Source: an uncultured archaeon (GTDB lineage Archaea > Aenigmatarchaeota > Aenigmatarchaeia > QMZP01 > JACQNV01). From it: a stretch of 64,000 bases of DNA. The position numbers were made by a program, and so were the translations under genes. The notes beneath the pieces are model-generated. The model made no database searches. It saw only the letters and a program-made list of their open reading frames with translations, and was not told where the DNA came from. The DNA is taken from assembly GCA_964410585.1 (NCBI GenBank), contig CAYPFW010000001.1, forward strand, positions 64,001 to 128,000. Direction: 5' to 3'. This document shows, one piece after another, positions 57,305 to 64,000 of the stretch. Position 1 is the stretch's first letter. Each line of letters starts with the position of its first letter.

Positions 57305-57691
57305 ATGCGACATGACCTAATATCAGACGTCTTCACAATATTGAAGAACGCAGAGAATGTTGGAAAGAAAGAATGTGTAGTCAAAGCTTCAAACTTGACA
57401 AAGGACATATTAAAAACAGCACAAAAACACAAATATATAGGTGATTTCGAGTTCATAGATGATGGTAAGGGCGGCCAGTTCAAAATCCAACTTTTAGGTA
57501 GAATAAACAACTGCAATTCGGTTAAGCCAAGATTTTCTGTGAAAAAAGATGAATTCATAAAATATGAGAAAAGATATTTGCCTGCAGATAAAGTTGGGTT
57601 ACTTTTTGTAACAACTTCAAAAGGAGTTTTTGATCATCACACAGCTAAAAAAGAAAAAGTTGGCGGCAAACTTTTAGGGTTTATCTATTAA
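57305..57691 (+). CDS. rps8: Ribosomal protein uS8
   Basis: NAE.VGK, IDDGKGG, EKRYLPA, GGKLL. Confidence 0.96.
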   Translation: MRHDLISDVFTILKNAENVGKKECVVKASNLTKDILKTAQKHKYIGDFEFIDDGKGGQFKIQLLGRINNCNSVKPRFSVKKDEFIKYEKRYLPADKVGLLFVTTSKGVFDHHTAKKEKVGGKLLGFIY

Positions 57692-57692
57692 T

Positions 57693-57959
57693 ATGGTATC
57701 AGCAAAAAAAGACATAGAAAAAGCGAAGAAGGAGAATAAATTACTTTTAGGAACAAACATAGTTCTGAAAAAACTAAAAGGCGGCGAGCTGAAAACAGTG
57801 ATTTACAGTTCAAACTGCCCTGGAGAAACAAAAAAAGATTTAGAGTATTATCACAAATTAAGCAACATAGAGATCCAAGAATTTGAGGGGACATCAAAAC
57901 AACTTGGCGAGGTTTGTGGTAAACCGTTCAATACACTAGTTATTGGCATAAAGAAATAG
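57693..57959 (+). CDS. rpl30e: Ribosomal protein eL30
   Basis: LG....K, SNCP, LGEVCGKPF. Confidence 0.94.
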   Translation: MVSAKKDIEKAKKENKLLLGTNIVLKKLKGGELKTVIYSSNCPGETKKDLEYYHKLSNIEIQEFEGTSKQLGEVCGKPFNTLVIGIKK

Positions 57960-58002
57960 GTATTAATCTCTAAACAGAAACCTATATACAGAGAAACAAA
58001 TT

Positions 58003-58407
58003 ATGACTATTAAGATTTCAACAGAGGACTTTAGAGTTATAAGCACATTTGAAAGAATAACCAAAGTCTATCCAAAAGACTGCTTGATAACAGATGATGT
58101 GATCTATTTTTTGGTTGAAGGCAAAAAAATAAGCCTAGCTATTGGAAAAGGTGGTTCCACAATAAAGGATGTCAGCAAACATTTGGGCAAGCCTGTGAAA
58201 CTTTTTGAATATTCTGAAGATCCACAAACATTTATCAAAAATATGATCCCTTCTGCAGAAGAAGTGAAAATAGACAACGGCAATGTTGACATTTCTGTGC
58301 CTTCAAAAGAAAGGTCTGCTGTGATTGGAAGAGAAGGAAAAAACATCAAGGCAATAAAAGAATTTGCAATCCGGCATTTGGGTGTTTCTAATTTGAGGTT
58401 GAAGTAA
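58003..58407 (+). CDS. nusA: Archaeal NusA (two KH domains)
   Basis: FE.IT...KDC, AIGKGG, VIGREGKNI. Confidence 0.93.
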   Translation: MTIKISTEDFRVISTFERITKVYPKDCLITDDVIYFLVEGKKISLAIGKGGSTIKDVSKHLGKPVKLFEYSEDPQTFIKNMIPSAEEVKIDNGNVDISVPSKERSAVIGREGKNIKAIKEFAIRHLGVSNLRLK

Positions 58408-58444
58408 AAATTCAGTAATATAAGCTCCTTTTTCTAACTATAAT

Positions 58445-60952
58445 ATGGTATTTATAGGTTCTGATAGAGATGTTGACCTATACATGCGAGAGGCAAGATC
58501 AATACCTCTTCTAACAAAAGAACAGGAGTACAATTTAGCTTGTGTATATAGAGGCGTTGGACCTCTTATAGGATCTAGCATTTACCAAAACAAAAATCAT
58601 CCATTCAGTACCTATAGAAATGGAAAAGCTTATTCTGAAATGTCACCTACAGAAGCAGCTGATTTGATGAGTAGGGGAAATAGAAGACTTGTTATTAGTA
58701 TAGCAAAAAGATATAGAAACCGAGGTTTGGATTTCCTCGATCTTCTTGCAGAAGGTGAAGTTGGCCTTGTTAAAGCTGTGCAAAAATACGAGCCTCAAAA
58801 AGGATTCAAGTTTTCAACATATGCAACTTGGTGGATAAAACAATCGGTAAAAAGAGCACTTGAAAAAACGCGGCAAATTCATATACCGATTCATATTTTT
58901 GAAATTCTTCCACGTTTTAATGAAGTATATAGAACTCTCCAAAGCGAGTTACAGAGGCCTCCTAGCACAGAAGAGATTGCACAAAAAATGGGCTTGAAAC
59001 CCTCCCAGGTTATTTTGATACAGGATGCAAAGGTAACCAAATCTAGAAAACTTTTAAGTCTAGATAGAATGAAGGGCGATGATGAAGATGAAAGCATGTA
59101 TAAAAGTATAGAGGACAGAACAGCAGATAGACCAGATGATCAAATGAGTCAATTAGACTCGGCAGTTCTGCTCAATACACTAATGGACCGCCTAACAGTA
59201 AGAGAAAGATATGTTATAGAAAGCCGAAAAGGATTGAACGGAAAAAGTCAAAAAACACTTGAGGAACTTGGATTGGAATTAGATGTGACAAGGGAAAGAG
59301 TAAGACAAATAGAAATCAAGTCAATGGAGAAGCTTAAACAGGCAGCTAAAAGTATTCGTGCTACTAGTGTCATCAAAAGTAATATTGAAAGCGATAAACA
59401 GGTAGCTCAACAAAGCAAAAGACTGAATCGCCCAAATTATCCAGCAGAGAGAACAGAAGTATCTGATTCAAGCTCCTATTCTGTCTCAGAAATACATGGA
59501 ATGTGGGGATTTGGATCACATAGTGCAACATCAAGACACATAAGATTAAGCGCTGCAAGAAAGGTGGGTTGGGGAAGATACTCAAAAGAAGACATAGATA
59601 AGTACACTGCAAGCTTTGGTCTTTTTGGTGAAGAACCGGTTATTAAACAGCAATCTATTTTAGATGAAACAATACCAGTTGAAGAAAGGGATTGGCTTAC
59701 ATTTGCTGAAATAAAAGAACTGTTTGGCTATCCAAACGCAGAGTCAAACTACAGACACATAAGATTGAGTGGCTCAAGAAAAGTAGATCACGACAAATAC
59801 ACAAAAGCAGAAATCCTTGCGTACATAGATTGGCACATGAAAGACCTTCTAAATATGCCATTGAAACACGCTGAAACAATGACAGATGTGAGACAAGGAA
59901 TAACTATAGATGAAGTACTTTCTGACCCTCAAATAGCTGATCTTTCTTTTAAAGATATTAGGAAAATTTCAGGGAAATCTGAAGCAGCTGTATACAATGC
60001 AATTAAAGCCAATAATATCCAAAATACAGCAAGAGGCAGATATCCAAAAGAAATTCTTGCAACAATAAGAGAGAGAGATGAAAGAAGAGTGAAAACCCAC
60101 ACACTACATGACGGCACAAATCACAAAGCAAGAATAGTTTTCGAAAACACAGAAACAGATGACACAACTCCACATGAAAGAGCAAAAGTGAATAGAAGAT
60201 CTTATTCTGCGTCAGACGTTTCTAATCTTTTAGATATATCAGTACATGAAGTTCGCCCATTTTCTGTCGCTGTAGGCATATCAATATCTGGGCACAGCAA
60301 ATATTCTAAAAAAGATGTAGATGAATACCTAGCCAAAAGGGAAGAAATACTTGCAATCCCAATGAGAGAAAGAGATGTTTTGGATATATCTGAAATTTGT
60401 GATATGTTTGGTTTTGATACATGGCGATCCACACAAAACCACCTTTATGCAAGCAGGTCTCAGAGGCTCGGAGTTGGCTTGTTTTCCAAAAGAGAAATTT
60501 TAGAATATATAGACATGCACATGCAAGACCTTTTGAACATGCCATTTGTAAAAGCAATGTCACCGGAGACAAAAACTCCTGAAACGGTTCAACAAATAGA
60601 AAGGAAACCTTACAAAAGCCCAGGAATAGAATTAGAATTTAATCCAGGAGAAAATGTACTTCTTCCTAGTTCTGTTAGAGAATTAACTGGGAGAGATCCT
60701 AGCCAACTTCTTAAATATTTGAGATCCCGTGGATTAAGATCAAGAGAATTTAGAATAGGTTGTGTTGCTGAATATTTGGATTATATGAGAAAGAAAAAAG
60801 AAGTAAAGGAAGAAGCCAAAGACAAATTTTATGGCGGACTTAAAGAGCTTGTCCAAAGGGAAGGCAGAAGACCAGAAAGGAAGCTTGTAATAAATGTGCA
60901 AATAAAAGTTCAGGACATTCACCAAAATTCTGTTGTCGAAGAAGCAGTCTAA
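58445..60952 (+). CDS. RpoD-like sigma-70 factor fused to a long C-terminal array of HTH repeats
   Basis: Region 1.2 LYMRE..IPLLT.EQE; region 2 [43 protein letters not shown]; region 3 L.RPPS.EEIA; region 4 [18 protein letters not shown]. Confidence 0.9.
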   Translation: MVFIGSDRDVDLYMREARSIPLLTKEQEYNLACVYRGVGPLIGSSIYQNKNHPFSTYRNGKAYSEMSPTEAADLMSRGNRRLVISIAKRYRNRGLDFLDLLAEGEVGLVKAVQKYEPQKGFKFSTYATWWIKQSVKRALEKTRQIHIPIHIFEILPRFNEVYRTLQSELQRPPSTEEIAQKMGLKPSQVILIQDAKVTKSRKLLSLDRMKGDDEDESMYKSIEDRTADRPDDQMSQLDSAVLLNTLMDRLTVRERYVIESRKGLNGKSQKTLEELGLELDVTRERVRQIEIKSMEKLKQAAKSIRATSVIKSNIESDKQVAQQSKRLNRPNYPAERTEVSDSSSYSVSEIHGMWGFGSHSATSRHIRLSAARKVGWGRYSKEDIDKYTASFGLFGEEPVIKQQSILDETIPVEERDWLTFAEIKELFGYPNAESNYRHIRLSGSRKVDHDKYTKAEILAYIDWHMKDLLNMPLKHAETMTDVRQGITIDEVLSDPQIADLSFKDIRKISGKSEAAVYNAIKANNIQNTARGRYPKEILATIRERDERRVKTHTLHDGTNHKARIVFENTETDDTTPHERAKVNRRSYSASDVSNLLDISVHEVRPFSVAVGISISGHSKYSKKDVDEYLAKREEILAIPMRERDVLDISEICDMFGFDTWRSTQNHLYASRSQRLGVGLFSKREILEYIDMHMQDLLNMPFVKAMSPETKTPETVQQIERKPYKSPGIELEFNPGENVLLPSSVRELTGRDPSQLLKYLRSRGLRSREFRIGCVAEYLDYMRKKKEVKEEAKDKFYGGLKELVQREGRRPERKLVINVQIKVQDIHQNSVVEEAV

Positions 60953-61368
60953 ATATCCAAAATAACCCTAGCAAACCATCCTGTTTTTGTTTTTTTCACT
61001 TCAAATCGATGCAGAGTGACAGCTTTTACATCAACTTTAAGTTCGTGTTTTTTTGGATCTATTTTTTCCCCTTCCAAAACAGCTTTTAGTCTGTTTGGCT
61101 TTCCTTCAGAAATAGAAACTTTGATTTTTGAAAACAGAAGTAATTCAGCGTCTTTCAAAAAAATCAACTCTTGGAGAAAATCAAAAAACAGCATTTCTAT
61201 ATTGTCTTTTTCCAAAACAATTTCCTTTTTCACTTTTGTTTTTATCCCCTTCAAATCAACTTGCGTCTCTTCTGTAGCCAGTCCTGCTGCTTCAAAAAGT
61301 TCATCTAAACTTTTCCCCTTTGCTTCAAACAAAACATCTGCTGTGTGGTCGAAAAACTTATAACCCAT
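60949..61368 (-). CDS. Archease (RtcB cofactor)
   Basis: DHTADV, VKAVTLH, C-terminal LDI. Confidence 0.95.
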   Translation of the reverse strand: MGYKFFDHTADVLFEAKGKSLDELFEAAGLATEETQVDLKGIKTKVKKEIVLEKDNIEMLFFDFLQELIFLKDAELLLFSKIKVSISEGKPNRLKAVLEGEKIDPKKHELKVDVKAVTLHRFEVKKTKTGWFARVILDI

Positions 61369-61399
61369 CTTATTAATTGACAGAGTAGAATATATCTCT

Positions 61400-62203
61400 A
61401 TGAGAAGAGGAATACGGCTTAGGGCCTATTTGATGCTGACAGGAGAATTCAAAAAATCTTTTGATGTGATTAGGCTAGTAGAGTCTGGAAAAATTTTGGT
61501 TAATGGAAAGATTGTCACAAACCCAGAATTCCACATAAACAAAAAAGATTTAATCGAGATGAAAGACGGTCAAGGTTTGAAAACATTTAAAACAAAATCT
61601 TTTGTTTACCTTATTTTGAACAAGCCTACAGGATATGTATCCCAAAAACTACCCCTTTCTTTAGAAAAGAAAGGTGTAAGGTATCCCAAAGAAACTAATA
61701 TAGAAAATAATAATGAAAAGTCTGTGTACGAATTGATCTACAAAATACCTGAGCTAGATATTGAGACAAAAAAAACTTTATTTGCTGTTGGTCGTTTAGA
61801 CAAAGACACAGAAGGCCTGCTAATTTTCACAAATGATGGAAAATTATCCAATGAATTGATGAGGCCAGAAAAACACATACAAAAAACTTATTTTGTTGAA
61901 ACCCAAAAATCAATTTCTGAATTAGATTTGAAAAAATTGGAGTCTGGAGTAAAAATAAGAACAGAAGAAGGAGAAGCTTTTGTCAAGGCAGTCAAAACAC
62001 AAAAATTTTCAGATAGAACAGCTGAATTGATTATAGACGAGGGAAAGAAAAGACAAGTGAAGCTCATGTTTTTGTCGATTGGAAACAATGTTGTTCGTTT
62101 GAAAAGAGTTGGTATTGGAAAACTAAGAATAGAAAACCTAGATTTCAAAGGAAAAAATTATTTGATAACCAACAAACAGGAGTTGGAAAAATTACTATTC
62201 TAG
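61400..62203 (+). CDS. RsuA/RluB-family pseudouridine synthase with S4 domain and a 19-aa insertion
   Basis: LNKPTGYV, VGRLDKDTEGLLIFTNDG, EGKKRQVK.M, LKRV.IG. Confidence 0.92.
   Translation: MRRGIRLRAYLMLTGEFKKSFDVIRLVESGKILVNGKIVTNPEFHINKKDLIEMKDGQGLKTFKTKSFVYLILNKPTGYVSQKLPLSLEKKGVRYPKETNIENNNEKSVYELIYKIPELDIETKKTLFAVGRLDKDTEGLLIFTNDGKLSNELMRPEKHIQKTYFVETQKSISELDLKKLESGVKIRTEEGEAFVKAVKTQKFSDRTAELIIDEGKKRQVKLMFLSIGNNVVRLKRVGIGKLRIENLDFKGKNYLITNKQELEKLLF
61649..61705 (+). mobile_element. Module A element inserted in frame in the pseudouridine synthase gene
   Basis: CTACCCCTTTCTTTAGAAAAGAAAGGTGTAAGGTATCCCAAAGAAACTAATATAGAA, 57 nt. Confidence 0.8.
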
Positions 62204-63055
62204 CTTTATTTTGTTTTTTATTCTATCTATTCCTTCCCCAATAAAAACCAATTTTTTATCTCCTTGCTTTTCTTCTAGATCCCATCTACCAGCAACAAAA
62301 TTTATCAGTGTGGATTTCCCATCTAAATTTACAAACCCTTTCAATCTGTACACTTCTTTTGGGATGTTTTTGAGGAAGCTTTCCAATTCGATTTTGGTAA
62401 ACCTCTTTTTTGATTCTAAAACAAAACTTTCCATTTTGGTGTGTTCTGATTTTTTGTGCAATTTCCTTTCTCTATGTTCAACTTCTAAAGAAAACAACAA
62501 GTCAACATCAACCTCACAGTGTTTTGTTTTGAAAACATGTGCACGCGGGTTTAGGTTTTTTATTTTGTTTTCAATATTTTTTATCTGATCCGCTTTTACC
62601 AAATCAATCTTGTTCAGTAAAACAACATCTGCAACTTCTATCTGTGCTTCACCAACTTTCCCTATGTTAGGGAACCGAACAAAAGAATCTGCATCTACGA
62701 CGATTACCACAGTATCCAGCTTTACCTCCTTCAAATTTTCTTCGACATCAAAAACAATTGCATCTGGTTCAGCCACTCCAGTTGTTTCAACAATAATTAT
62801 TTCAGGTGAATATTTTTGTATGATCTCTTTTATTGCAAATTCAAATTCTCCTGTAAGAGAACAGCATACACAACCGCCGGAAAGTTCTTGTATATCCACA
62901 TTTTTTCCTTTGATGATTTGTGTATCTATAGAAACTTCCCCAAACTCGTTCATCAAAATAGCAAATTTTCTGTCTAAATTTTCAATTACTCTTTTGAGTA
63001 GAGTTGTCTTCCCTGCTCCCAAATATCCAGAAATTATTGTTATTGGAGTTTTCAT
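62195..63055 (-). CDS. COG0523 (CobW/ZigA) metallochaperone GTPase
   Basis: GYLGAGKT, NEFGE, GCVCC, ETTGVA.P, NKID, RLKG; start reassigned to ATG 63055. Confidence 0.94.
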   Translation of the reverse strand: MKTPITIISGYLGAGKTTLLKRVIENLDRKFAILMNEFGEVSIDTQIIKGKNVDIQELSGGCVCCSLTGEFEFAIKEIIQKYSPEIIIVETTGVAEPDAIVFDVEENLKEVKLDTVVIVVDADSFVRFPNIGKVGEAQIEVADVVLLNKIDLVKADQIKNIENKIKNLNPRAHVFKTKHCEVDVDLLFSLEVEHRERKLHKKSEHTKMESFVLESKKRFTKIELESFLKNIPKEVYRLKGFVNLDGKSTLINFVAGRWDLEEKQGDKKLVFIGEGIDRIKNKIKLE

Positions 63056-63121
63056 ATTAGTATATATGACAAATAGAAACATAAGGAAATAGTCTCTTCT
63101 TCTTGTGATCTATTAAAAGTT

Positions 63122-64000
63122 TCATACTTTCCTCCCAACAATCAGATGATGTGGAGCATATGGGCCCTCGTCGCCATCTGTATATCTCCAAAGTTCTGTT
63201 TTAAATCCTCTTTCCTCTAAAAACAAACATCTATCCAAACAAATCAATTGTTTAGCAACAATAGAAACAATCATATTGTGTTCATCTCGGTGTGTTTCTG
63301 GAACAAATCTGTCTCCTTCTTTCCTTCTTGTGTGTGGAGCATTTATCAATTTATGTAAAAGTTGAGTGTCAATACCAAACTTTTTGGCATAGTCAGATAG
63401 TGGAAATTTGTATGGGTATCTTCTTCCATTTTTTCCGGCTTCTAAATCTTTTCCACTTCTATCCACTAATTCTGGAAGGTTTATTGGTGTGCTCAAAACA
63501 ATATCAACACCTGTCGCAGCTGCCTGTTGAACCAAATCTGCTCCAACAATGCCAGGAGATCTAAATCCAGTTAGAATCCGTTGTCCACCATTGTAGTGTG
63601 CACTAAGCGGATATCTTGGTTCAAATCTTGCTTCCTCTAATCTTAGATTTCCAACTGCTGCGTGGAGATCTTTCAAATATCTTAGAACTTCTTCCCTTGT
63701 TCTGAATGTTCTGTATCCCAAATTTGCATCATTGTTAAAATTTTCAGGGGAAAAGGAAACATCTATACCAACAACTGCTATTTTTGGTTTTTCTCTTGCA
63801 AAATCCGCTGTGAATCTTATGCCTGAATGGCAACCAACATCGACAAGTACTGTGCTTGGCTCGTCTCTTATTTCAGGTGAAAACCTATCAACAACATATT
63901 CTCTGTCTAAGACCCCTTCTGGTTCTAAACCATCTGTTCTAGGAAGACTTCTTTCTTGATATCCAAAATCTTCTCTATAGCTTCCTGTTCTGAGACCTCC
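63122..64000 (-). CDS. Class I SAM-methyltransferase-like protein, 5'-truncated by the window edge
   Basis: Frame is open from 64000; the upstream part reads VLVDVGCHSG..F..EKP...VVGIDVS. Confidence 0.65.
   Translation of the reverse strand, partial: GGLRTGSYREDFGYQERSLPRTDGLEPEGVLDREYVVDRFSPEIRDEPSTVLVDVGCHSGIRFTADFAREKPKIAVVGIDVSFSPENFNNDANLGYRTFRTREEVLRYLKDLHAAVGNLRLEEARFEPRYPLSAHYNGGQRILTGFRSPGIVGADLVQQAAATGVDIVLSTPINLPELVDRSGKDLEAGKNGRRYPYKFPLSDYAKKFGIDTQLLHKLINAPHTRRKEGDRFVPETHRDEHNMIVSIVAKQLICLDRCLFLEERGFKTELWRYTDGDEGPYAPHHLIVGRKV

Noticed and set aside
481-61705. Repeats as a CRISPR array
   Set aside because: Copies are dispersed and variable, with no regular repeat-spacer period and no cas genes.
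63732-63959. 75-aa plus-strand ORF
   Set aside because: It is antisense to the open methyltransferase-like frame that extends to the window edge.

Overview
Archaeal chromosome segment, AT-rich and gene-dense. Archaeal markers include Rpo7, Spt4, eS24, eS4, eL30, aIF1, Rpp29, archaeal ProRS and archease; a DPANN-type lineage is my inference. It carries most of a fragmented S10/spc ribosomal-protein cluster, dispersed gatA/gatB/gatC, mre11, a K+-independent H+-PPase, a three-gene ATP-citrate-lyase-like set, several Cys-rich surface proteins, a STAND-type cyclase, a PIN toxin-antitoxin pair and two tRNAs. The most striking feature is a family of about 17 short, structured, non-coding elements built from modules A, B and C. 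They fill stop-to-start spacers of ribosomal and RNAP operons, form the 150-nt anticodon intron of tRNA-Ser(GGA), and sit in frame inside a protein gene. They show compensatory base changes, and some are flanked by 6-14 bp direct repeats. This is consistent with a mobile RNA-level element resembling a SINE, a Rickettsia palindromic element or an intron-derived unit; no transposase or reverse transcriptase is present in the window. A second highlight is a full bacterial-type sigma-70 fused to about six HTH repeats, one of which resembles repeats in an orphan protein about 13 kb away. All calls come from reading the sequence by eye; no database searches or folding programs were run.
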